In this document: positions 9,926 to 17,429 of the stretch, in pieces
Layout of the letters: each line of letters starts with the position of its first letter
How positions within the stretch are numbered: the first letter of the stretch is position 1
Source of the DNA: a virus
IMG/VR virus record: IMGVR_UViG_3300035205_000874
Direction: 5' to 3' (one strand)
Length of the DNA: 25,131 bases
Made by a program: the position numbers and the translations under genes
The notes under the pieces: model-generated
What the model was told of the DNA's origin: nothing
What the model saw: only the letters and a program-made list of their open reading frames with translations
The model's database searches: none

Positions 9926-10588
9926 ATGAAGTTATTTTTAGATTCAGCAAATATAAAAGAAATAGAAGAATTAGGTTCAAGTGAGTATGTTTATGGACTT
10001 ACTACGAATCCAACATTTTTCTATGAAGAAGGAGTAAAAAGTACAGAGGAATTTTTATCGATTCTCAAAGATATTATGCCAGATAAAGAAATTCAGTTAG
10101 AGGCAATGGGTAGTGTTGATGAAATTCTTAAAATAGCAAGAGATTATGTTGATTCACCACCAGGAACATCGTGTGAGCATAATATAGTTTCTAAAGTCCC
10201 TTTTAATGAGGAAGGATTAGAGGCCGTATCAATTCTTTCTAAAGAATCAATCAAGACTAATGTTCATTTGGTTTATTCTGTAAATCAGGCAGTTTTAGCG
10301 GCACGAAGTGGTGCAACTTATGTTTGTCCATTAATGGGCAGGTTTGATGATAGTGGACAAAATTCATCTGAATTACTTGGAGATATAAAAACTACTTTTG
10401 ATAATTACAATATAGAAACAGAAATTTTAGCGGCAAGTGTCAGACATCCTGATCATGTAAAACAGGCTTTACTTCTTGGTGTTGATGCAATTACTATTCC
10501 ATATAAAGTTTTTAAACTAATGATGGATCATCCACTAACAGAAAGAGGAACAAGGGCATTTGAAAATCATACAGTTGGACAAAAATAG
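9926..10588 (+). CDS. talC: Transaldolase / fructose-6-phosphate aldolase family protein (TalC/Fsa type) with non-canonical active-site residues
   Basis: MKLFLDSAN, GLTTNPT, SKVP (Schiff-base Lys90), NQAVLAARSGATYVCP, ILAASVRHP, HPLTE. The 220-aa length is typical of the short family. Confidence 0.9.
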   Translation: MKLFLDSANIKEIEELGSSEYVYGLTTNPTFFYEEGVKSTEEFLSILKDIMPDKEIQLEAMGSVDEILKIARDYVDSPPGTSCEHNIVSKVPFNEEGLEAVSILSKESIKTNVHLVYSVNQAVLAARSGATYVCPLMGRFDDSGQNSSELLGDIKTTFDNYNIETEILAASVRHPDHVKQALLLGVDAITIPYKVFKLMMDHPLTERGTRAFENHTVGQK

Positions 10589-11348
10589 ACTAACATTAAT
10601 ATCAGGACCTTGTGCACTTGAAAGTGTAAAACATGCCACTTTTATGGCAAAAGAGATTAAATCTCGGTGTGATGATTTGGATATACAACATATATTTAAG
10701 GCATCTTGGGATAAAGCTAATAGAACGGCATTAAGTCATTATAGAGGTTATCCTTTGGACGAAGCAATTGATATGTTTCGTGAAATTAAAAGTGAAGCGG
10801 GAGTACTTATCACAACTGATTTTCACGAAAGTTGGCAAGCAGAAAAATTAAAAGATGTTATAGACGTTTTACAGATACCAGCATTTTTATGTAGACAAAC
10901 TGATATGTTAGTTTATGCGTCCAAAACAGGATTACCTATAAATGTAAAAAAAGGACAATTTATCTCGGCAGAGGATACAGAAAAAATTGTTGATAAGGTA
11001 AAAGGTTCTGATGTGTGGTTAACAGAACGAGGAAATATATTTGGTTATGGAAATTATGTGGTTGATATGAGAAATCTTGTTATTATGAAACGATTTGCAC
11101 CAGTTATTTTTGATGCAACACATTCAGTTCAACAAGGAGCTAAAGGTGGAAGTAGTGGTTCACAGAGAGAGTTTATTGAACCATTAGCAAAGGCAGCAGT
11201 ATCGGTTGGGGTTGATGGAATATTTATGGAAGTTCATGATAATCCAGACGAGGCATTATCAGATGGAACAAGTAGTTTAGATTTAAAAGATTTAACACCT
11301 TTATTAAAAAAATTAAAAAAGTTATATGAAATTAATAATACCTTATAG
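10560..11348 (+). CDS. kdsA: 3-deoxy-D-manno-octulosonate 8-phosphate (Kdo8P) synthase, metal-dependent type
   Basis: GPCALES, FKASWDKANRT, QIPAFLCRQTD, NVKKGQF, ERG..FGY, VIFDATHSVQ, FMEVH, ALSDG. The Cys in GPC marks the metal-dependent class. TTG start. Confidence 0.95.
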   Translation: MKIIQLDKNRLTLISGPCALESVKHATFMAKEIKSRCDDLDIQHIFKASWDKANRTALSHYRGYPLDEAIDMFREIKSEAGVLITTDFHESWQAEKLKDVIDVLQIPAFLCRQTDMLVYASKTGLPINVKKGQFISAEDTEKIVDKVKGSDVWLTERGNIFGYGNYVVDMRNLVIMKRFAPVIFDATHSVQQGAKGGSSGSQREFIEPLAKAAVSVGVDGIFMEVHDNPDEALSDGTSSLDLKDLTPLLKKLKKLYEINNTL

Positions 11349-12048
11349 GTTAAAAAGTAGTAGATTCCCAAATAAATATATTAGTGATTTTCTTGGAATT
11401 CCATTAATAGAACATTCTTTAAAATTATGTGAAGAATTCGGAAATGATGTTATTGTTACTGCGCCAAAAGAAGATTATGTAAAAGAAATTTCTGATTTAC
11501 AGGAGAAATATGGATTTCAGTTTATTCCAACATCGCCTGATTGTCAAAGTGGAACTGATAGAGTGATAGAGATTTCAAGAAAAAATAGGGATGATTATTA
11601 TGTTTTAATTCCTGCAGACGAACCATTAATTGATAAAGAAGAATTAAAACGAGTTTTATACAGAGAACAACTTGATGATTTTAATACTTGTTATACGGAT
11701 TTTTATAGTGAAGAAGATTGTATTTCTAATTTGTCTGCAAAAGTAGTTTCCACTTGGGATGATTATTTATTATATCAATCTCGTAATATTATTCCTATTC
11801 AAAAAAGTGGAGAGTTTGATTATAAAAAATGTAAAAAGCAGGTTGGAATAAAGATATTTTCACAAAAAGGGCTAGATGAATTATATAAATTAAATCATAG
11901 AGAAACTATACTTGATAAATTTGAAGGATTAGAAGAATTAAGGATAGTAGAACTTGGATTCAAATTTAAACTACATAAAATAAGTCATATTGGGTGTGGA
12001 GTTGATGTAAAAGAACAAGTTAAAGTTTTAGAGGCCAGAAAGTTTTGA
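11326..12048 (+). CDS. kdsB: CMP-Kdo synthetase-like cytidylyltransferase
   Basis: IPYRLKSSRFPNK (PARxxSxRxPxK), SGTDRV, PADEPLI (QGDEP), LYQSR..IP, QVGI, LEELR, GVD. Immediately follows kdsA. Confidence 0.85.
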   Translation: MKLIIPYRLKSSRFPNKYISDFLGIPLIEHSLKLCEEFGNDVIVTAPKEDYVKEISDLQEKYGFQFIPTSPDCQSGTDRVIEISRKNRDDYYVLIPADEPLIDKEELKRVLYREQLDDFNTCYTDFYSEEDCISNLSAKVVSTWDDYLLYQSRNIIPIQKSGEFDYKKCKKQVGIKIFSQKGLDELYKLNHRETILDKFEGLEELRIVELGFKFKLHKISHIGCGVDVKEQVKVLEARKF

Positions 12049-13256
12049 GAGAGGAAAGTTTAGAGTTATTAACAGAGAAAGAAAGTATAGAACCACAAAG
12101 AGATATTGGGGCAGCACCAATGTCTAAAGCTCATTGGCCAGATGGTAATTTAAAACATGAATGGGAAAATAAATCTATTTGGAAAGATGGAAATAAGATG
12201 ATTGGATTGAAATACGAATGGGAATATAAAGATGGAAGTCGTTATGAGTTTTTTGAAAAATCTGAAAATTTAAAAAAAAGTAGAGTAAATGGATTATTTC
12301 GAGCATATTGGCCAAAATCTCGGGCTGGTGGAATAAGATATGAATGGGAATATGAAGATGGAAAACGAGCAGACGGTGTATCTAAAGGTTGGTGGGATCA
12401 TGGTGAACTACATCAAATAATGAATTGGAAGAATGGGAAAAAACATGGTTTATGGACCTTTTGGGTGAATCAGCCTGTATATTGTAAGAAACAAGAGGGA
12501 TATTGGAAGAATGGTAATTATGATGGCGTATGGACAATGTGGTATCCAAGTGGTCAGAAAAGAGAAGAAATTATTTACGATGATGGTAAATTAATTTCTA
12601 AAAATGAATGGGACGAGGATATATCAACTAAAAGAATTGGAAAATATATAGTTTCTTATACCGATCCGACAGATGGTGGGGGTTTTACATTCGGGAGGGA
12701 ATTTGCTAATTTTTTAGAAGAATACAAAATAAAATTTGAAAATTGTTTAGAAGTATATTCAGGTCCAGGTTTTATTGGTTTTGATTTATTGGATAAGGGT
12801 ATTATATCAAGTTTGGATTTAACTGATATTAATCCGGTAGTAGAATATTTGTGTAATAAAACAATAAAACAAAATTCTTTAGAAAATAAATGTAATTTTT
12901 ATCTATCTGATAATTTAAAAAAATTCCCCACAAAGGAATATGATTTAATTGTTGGAAATCCACCACATTTTCCAAGAGAACTAAAAAGAAAAAAAGGTCT
13001 GGGAGATGAACTTAGATATTTAGATTTAAATTTAGAAAAACATGAAATGTTTTATAAAGAAGTAAAAAAAATAATGAATAAAAATACTCTTTTGATATTT
13101 CAAGAAAATTTTGAAGGGACAAAACCAGACGATTTTAAGGAAATGATATCCGATAATAATTTATATCTTGATAGATTTGAACCTTGTAAAATTGACAAGA
13201 GATTTTATTTTTTAGTAGTAAAATTAAAATCCGAGGAGAAAAGATATAATGGATAA
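12045..13256 (+). CDS. MORN-variant (YwqK-like) repeat domain fused to class I SAM methyltransferase with NPPH motif
   Basis: N-half has Trp/Gly-rich repeats (WPDGNLKHEW, YEDGKRADG..KGWW..GEL, WKNGKKHGLW, WYPSGQKREE..YDDGK). C-half has LEVYSGPGFIG, DIN, SD, YDLIVGNPPHF. TTG start overlaps the kdsB TGA. Confidence 0.75.
   Translation: MREESLELLTEKESIEPQRDIGAAPMSKAHWPDGNLKHEWENKSIWKDGNKMIGLKYEWEYKDGSRYEFFEKSENLKKSRVNGLFRAYWPKSRAGGIRYEWEYEDGKRADGVSKGWWDHGELHQIMNWKNGKKHGLWTFWVNQPVYCKKQEGYWKNGNYDGVWTMWYPSGQKREEIIYDDGKLISKNEWDEDISTKRIGKYIVSYTDPTDGGGFTFGREFANFLEEYKIKFENCLEVYSGPGFIGFDLLDKGIISSLDLTDINPVVEYLCNKTIKQNSLENKCNFYLSDNLKKFPTKEYDLIVGNPPHFPRELKRKKGLGDELRYLDLNLEKHEMFYKEVKKIMNKNTLLIFQENFEGTKPDDFKEMISDNNLYLDRFEPCKIDKRFYFLVVKLKSEEKRYNG
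12213..12236 (+). repeat. Internal 24-bp repeat, copy 1 (YEWEYKDG)
   Basis: tacgaatgggaatataaagatgga matches 12339-12362 at 22/24 nt. Confidence 0.8.
12339..12362 (+). repeat. Internal 24-bp repeat, copy 2 (YEWEYEDG)
   Basis: tatgaatgggaatatgaagatgga matches 12213-12236 at 22/24 nt. Confidence 0.8.
13233..13238 (+). promoter_or_regulatory. Shine-Dalgarno site (GAGGAG) for the 13249 gene
   Basis: GAGGAG lies 10 nt upstream of the ATG at 13249, inside the upstream CDS. Confidence 0.55.
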
Positions 13257-14067
13257 AATATTTTGTTTCGGGGACAGTATAACTGGTCATTGTGTAACTG
13301 GTAATGACCATTATAATGGATTAAAATTTTATCCTTATCTACTTGGTGAACATTTTGATTGTGAAATTGAAAATTATGGTGCAAGTGTTAATTCGAATGA
13401 AAAGATAAGTATAGACATTTTAAATGCACTATCCACTAAAAATTATGAAAATTCTTTCTTTGTTATTGGTTGGTCATCGGCAATTAGACGGTTGGTTTAT
13501 ATGGAAGATAGAAAGTCTATGGAAAATATAAATGATGCAACTGAAACCCGTCCTTGGTACAAGAGTTCAGTTATGGATGTATTTGCAACTTTAAATAGTA
13601 TGTTAACAGTTCAAAAAGTTTTGACGGACAGAAATATCCCATTTGTCAATTTTATCAGTTGGAAATCTGATTTTATATTTAATGGTGATAAGTTAGAATG
13701 GATAGGAAAAGATTATACTGATAATGAGAATAAAAATATTGATCTATGGGCGTATAAATCTAATATGTGGTCTGTATCTGAACCAATAAAAAATGTAGAA
13801 GTTAATAATCATGGATTTGATTTTATTAATTTAATGTGTAATGAACTTAAAACGAAAAATTTTATCAAAAAAGAATTTTATGATTATTTATTAGAGAAGG
13901 GAACGGCTGATGGTAAGTTTCTTAAATTTAAGGATTCAAAAATACCAATTTTTAATGATAAGATATTAGTGATTAGCAAAGATGATTTACATCCAAATGA
14001 ACTTGGTCATAAGTTGTGGACAGAAGAAGTATTAATTCCAAATATAAAGGAGAGGAAATATTTCTAA
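13249..14067 (+). CDS. SGNH/GDSL-fold hydrolase or acyltransferase
   Basis: N-terminal IFCFGDSIT (block I Ser), NYGASVNSN, VIGWS, C-terminal DDLHPNELGHKLW (DxxH). Confidence 0.75.
   Translation: MDKIFCFGDSITGHCVTGNDHYNGLKFYPYLLGEHFDCEIENYGASVNSNEKISIDILNALSTKNYENSFFVIGWSSAIRRLVYMEDRKSMENINDATETRPWYKSSVMDVFATLNSMLTVQKVLTDRNIPFVNFISWKSDFIFNGDKLEWIGKDYTDNENKNIDLWAYKSNMWSVSEPIKNVEVNNHGFDFINLMCNELKTKNFIKKEFYDYLLEKGTADGKFLKFKDSKIPIFNDKILVISKDDLHPNELGHKLWTEEVLIPNIKERKYF
14047..14055 (+). promoter_or_regulatory. Shine-Dalgarno site (AAGGAGAGG) supporting the start at 14067
   Basis: Purine-rich SD 11 nt upstream of the ATG in the TAATG stop/start overlap. Confidence 0.6.
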
Positions 14068-14783
14068 TGAAAACTGAAGAACAATTATTAAAATATGCAA
14101 AATCTTATGAGGAAATAATAGATGGTGAAATTATAAATAAACATATATATTTACCAGTTTATGTAAATGATAAAATATTATATGAAGGACTGAGGAGATT
14201 TCATAAAAATCAACATATAAGAGTTGATATGTTAGATGTGAAAGATAAAACTGTTGTTGATATAGGGTGCAACACAGGATATCTTTCAATACAAGCATTA
14301 AAAAAGGGAGCGTCTTATGTTCTTGGACTTGATTATGAATATGGAGTTAGGATAGGAGAGTCTATAAAAGAAATAGAAAATCTTAAAAATATAGATTTTA
14401 TGGTGTTTTTGATAAATGATTCGGATTTGGCACGTGAATTTCCAGATTTATTTGATAGTAGAGGTTTAGATGCAATAAATTATGTGAAAGAATACAGAGG
14501 GATTAAAACTCCGTTTGATGTGGGTTTATTTTTATCTATATATCCAATTGATAGTATAATTAAATATTTAAAGTTAAGTGTTGATTTGGCTAAAACTTGG
14601 TATATTGAACCAACTAACCATAGAAGCTTCGGCCATACTCAAACCAAGGAAGAAACATATGATGAGGGAATGAGTAAATTAAGTCTATTGGGAGAAGTAG
14701 AGTTTGTGGGATATACAGACTATCAAAATAGAGGAATGTTTAAAGTTGAAACTGGTTCAACGGAATGGATACCTAAAGGATAA
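14067..14783 (+). CDS. Class I SAM-dependent methyltransferase (tandem paralogue 1)
   Basis: VKDKTVVDIGCNTGY...VLGLD. Start re-called from GTG 14016 to ATG 14067 on the basis of the TAATG overlap, the SD, and alignment with the paralogue. Confidence 0.8.
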   Translation: MKTEEQLLKYAKSYEEIIDGEIINKHIYLPVYVNDKILYEGLRRFHKNQHIRVDMLDVKDKTVVDIGCNTGYLSIQALKKGASYVLGLDYEYGVRIGESIKEIENLKNIDFMVFLINDSDLAREFPDLFDSRGLDAINYVKEYRGIKTPFDVGLFLSIYPIDSIIKYLKLSVDLAKTWYIEPTNHRSFGHTQTKEETYDEGMSKLSLLGEVEFVGYTDYQNRGMFKVETGSTEWIPKG

Positions 14784-14798
14784 AAAGGAAGTAGATAA

Positions 14799-15407
14799 AT
14801 GAGTAAACTTAAAGAATTACGTAATCTAATAAAACTTCATGGTTCTTCCCTTTATTTACCTATCGTTATTGATGGTAAAGTATTTATGGAATCGTTTCGT
14901 AGAAAACATAATAATCAATTTAGATTTGATTATATTGATGTAAAGGACAAAACTGTAGTTGATTTGGGTTGTAATAATGGATATGCATCTTTCCTTTTTG
15001 CAGAAAATGGTGCAAAAAAAGTTGTGGCAATAGAAGGTGATCCTCGTATTGGGGAAGTGTTAAAGTGTGTTGCAGATATAAAAAATTTATCAAATATTGA
15101 AACCTTTGGCGGAATGTCATACCAACATTATTTACAACACTATAACGATGATGGTGTATTTGATGTAGCAGTTTTTACTTCGGGACCAGATTATGATGGT
15201 GTTTTGGATGTATTGAGTATTTATAAAAGTAAGGCTAAAATTTGGTACATTGAACCTACGAATCATAAGACACATAAACTTTCTAAAGAAGAAATTAAAG
15301 AGTGGGGCGAAACAGAACTGAGTAAGTATGGCCATGTGGAATTTTTAACTTTTACTGATTATCAAAACAGAGGATTATTTAGATTAAATGTCAATACCAA
15401 CAACTAA
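14799..15407 (+). CDS. Class I SAM-dependent methyltransferase (tandem paralogue 2)
   Basis: VKDKTVVDLGCNNGY...VVAIE. Shares YLP, RR.H.NQ, WYIEPTNH and TDYQNRG with the previous gene. AAGGA at 14785-14789. Confidence 0.8.
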   Translation: MSKLKELRNLIKLHGSSLYLPIVIDGKVFMESFRRKHNNQFRFDYIDVKDKTVVDLGCNNGYASFLFAENGAKKVVAIEGDPRIGEVLKCVADIKNLSNIETFGGMSYQHYLQHYNDDGVFDVAVFTSGPDYDGVLDVLSIYKSKAKIWYIEPTNHKTHKLSKEEIKEWGETELSKYGHVEFLTFTDYQNRGLFRLNVNTNN

Positions 15408-16344
15408 TGAAGTAAGAATAGAAACATCTACTCATTGTAATGCTGGGTGTGTATTTTGCCCATGGCCAACTGATGATTTTACTCGTAAAAAAGAGATTAT
15501 GTCGGTAGATGATTATAAATTTTATATTGATAAAATAAGACACGAATTACCCGACCAAATAAGAGAAACAACTATATCTGGATTTGGAGAAGCATTTACA
15601 GATCCTACATTGTTGAAAAAAATAAGATATGCTAAATCAACAGGAATGGGAGTTCATGTTTTAACAAATGGTTCTTATTTAACAGAAGCTATTATTGATG
15701 AATTATATGAAATAGGAATTTTAAGTTTAAGAGTTAGTATTCATACAACAAATGAAGAATCTTATCAAAAAGTTTTGAATTACAGATCAAGTCGTTTTAC
15801 TTTAGATAAAATTATGAAAGCTATGGATTATGCCATAGAAAATAAACCAGAAGAAACAGAGATTGTTATTCCACCAATTATTGTAGAAGAGAATAGAAAT
15901 GATGTAGATAAACTTATAGAAGATTTTGGTGATAGAGTCAGTTTGGAAATATGGGCACCTCATAATTGGATTGATACTAAAGATTATAGGAGTAAAGACA
16001 CTCCATTAACACATGATAGTTGTGGACGACCATTTAGTGGCCCTATACAAATACAAGTTGATGGTGATGTTATTATGTGTTGTTTTGATTTTAATAATGA
16101 AATGGTGTTAGGTAACTTTAAAGATCAAACATTAGAAGAAATATATACACTTGATGATGATAATTTATTTTCTACAATTTACAAACACCATTCAGATGGT
16201 ACGTGTGGAGAATCAAATTTAATATGTAAAAATTGTGATCAATTAAAATTAACAACAGATATTATTATTTATAATAATAGAGGACCAACACCAGAGGAAA
16301 GAATAAAAATGGTAACACCTGGTTTAGAAAGAATAAAGGAATAA
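15388..16344 (+). CDS. Radical SAM / SPASM-domain protein
   Basis: ETSTHCNAGCVFCP (CxxxCxxC), ISGFGEAF, LTNGS, SCGRP...IQVDGDVIMCC.D...LGN, CKNCD. Confidence 0.9.
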   Translation: MSIPTTNEVRIETSTHCNAGCVFCPWPTDDFTRKKEIMSVDDYKFYIDKIRHELPDQIRETTISGFGEAFTDPTLLKKIRYAKSTGMGVHVLTNGSYLTEAIIDELYEIGILSLRVSIHTTNEESYQKVLNYRSSRFTLDKIMKAMDYAIENKPEETEIVIPPIIVEENRNDVDKLIEDFGDRVSLEIWAPHNWIDTKDYRSKDTPLTHDSCGRPFSGPIQIQVDGDVIMCCFDFNNEMVLGNFKDQTLEEIYTLDDDNLFSTIYKHHSDGTCGESNLICKNCDQLKLTTDIIIYNNRGPTPEERIKMVTPGLERIKE

Positions 16345-16345
16345 T

Positions 16346-16450
16346 ATGATTAAGAGAATAAAATATCTTTTTTATAAAATTAAGGCTTGGTTTAGTTATA
16401 GAAAGAAGATAAAAGAAATTAGAAAACGAGATCCATTTATATATAAATAA
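16346..16450 (+). CDS. Small basic 34-aa protein MIKRIKYLFYKIKAWFSYRKKIKEIRKRDPFIYK (not in the ORF track)
   Basis: ATG at 16346, TAA at 16448-16450, AAGGA at 16336-16340. Fills the only ~100-bp gap in the gene array, with 1-nt spacing on both sides. Confidence 0.75.
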   Translation: MIKRIKYLFYKIKAWFSYRKKIKEIRKRDPFIYK

Positions 16451-16451
16451 T

Positions 16452-17429
16452 ATGAGTAACAAAGTGGATCCATTTAAAGAACGACCAAATAAACATTTTA
16501 TAATTTCTGGTTGTAGTTTTACACTTGGAAATGGTACTTGGCCATATCATATAAATCAAGACAAGTATGGTTGGGTTCTTAATGTGGGAGATACAGGTGC
16601 TGGAAATGGATATATTAGTAGAAGTATAATATGGGAAGTGAATAATCAAATAAAACTTGGAAAGGATCCAAAGGATATTGAAGTTATTATAATGTGGTCG
16701 GGTATAACAAGAAAAGAGTTTTTGTCTACGGTTAGAGAAAATCCGTTACATGAATTGTGGGTAGATGGACCTCATAAAAATTGGATGGGAAATTTTATTC
16801 ATGATGAAGGTTGGGATAGACATCCCGAAGAAGATTCTACTTGGATAAAAAGTAGTATTCCATATATGGATTGGAATAATAAATCAGTAACTAAATTTTT
16901 AGATTTATATTGGAAACACTTTTATTCAGAAGAAGAAAGTTTGATAAATACATTTGAATCTATTTTAAGAGTTCAATGGTATTTAGATGGTTTGGGAATA
17001 AAATATACTATGATGTGTTGGCAAAATATCTTTAATCAGTATTCATTTAAAGTTCCAAGTGGATGGGCACGACAAGAAGGTGATGAGATATTTGGACATG
17101 AGATTTGGAACTTGGCGTGGAGAGATAATACTCATTTTAAAGAAGATAGATATTGGCCAGACAACGCAACTGAAAAAATATCAAAAGATACACCACTATT
17201 AAAAGACTTATATCCAAATGCAACTTATTTGTGGGATATGATAGATTGGGATAAGTGGTGGTTCTACGAAGATGAACAGGTAGAGTATGGTGGACTTGCA
17301 GAATGGGTTTGTTTAGAGGCCCGTGATCCTTGGGGAAATGGCGAACACGATCCTGGTCATCCATCACCACTTTCACATAAAAAGTTTTGTGAACAAGTTA
17401 TAATATCAATTTTAGAGGATAAAGTATGA
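16452..17429 (+). CDS. Divergent SGNH-fold protein (GCSF type)
   Basis: FIISGCSFT, NVGDTGAGNGYISR, IIMWSG..R, C-terminal DPGHPSPLSHKKF (DxxH). Confidence 0.65.
   Translation: MSNKVDPFKERPNKHFIISGCSFTLGNGTWPYHINQDKYGWVLNVGDTGAGNGYISRSIIWEVNNQIKLGKDPKDIEVIIMWSGITRKEFLSTVRENPLHELWVDGPHKNWMGNFIHDEGWDRHPEEDSTWIKSSIPYMDWNNKSVTKFLDLYWKHFYSEEESLINTFESILRVQWYLDGLGIKYTMMCWQNIFNQYSFKVPSGWARQEGDEIFGHEIWNLAWRDNTHFKEDRYWPDNATEKISKDTPLLKDLYPNATYLWDMIDWDKWWFYEDEQVEYGGLAEWVCLEARDPWGNGEHDPGHPSPLSHKKFCEQVIISILEDKV

Noticed and set aside
2812-12279. A8 homopolymer runs (2812-2819, 12272-12279) as possible phase-variation tracts
   Set aside because: They are short, encode Lys runs in intact frames, and are expected at this base composition.
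12045-12630. YwqK-like repeats as the antitoxin of a toxin-antitoxin pair
   Set aside because: No adjacent toxin-like gene, and the repeats are fused to a methyltransferase.
14016-14066. GTG start at 14016 given in the ORF track
   Set aside because: It gives a 52-bp overlap. ATG 14067 has a strong SD, a TAATG coupling, and matches the paralogue's N-terminus.
2726-15120. Short alternative-frame ORFs nested within longer genes (2726-2920, 14920-15120)
   Set aside because: Fully nested in well-supported genes, with no SD or recognisable motifs.
16442-16449. TATAAATA (T4-type late promoter consensus) just before the 16452 start; also at 6080, 8787 and 20746
   Set aside because: An all-A/T 8-mer is expected several times by chance in 25 kb this AT-rich, and most copies are mid-gene. 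Not evidence for a T4-like phage on its own.
745-17376. Short minus-strand ORFs in the track (e.g. 745-1023, 4383-4610, 9480-9692, 17137-17376)
   Set aside because: All lie antisense to long, motif-bearing plus-strand genes, are Ile/Phe-rich as expected for AT-rich antisense frames, and show no motifs.
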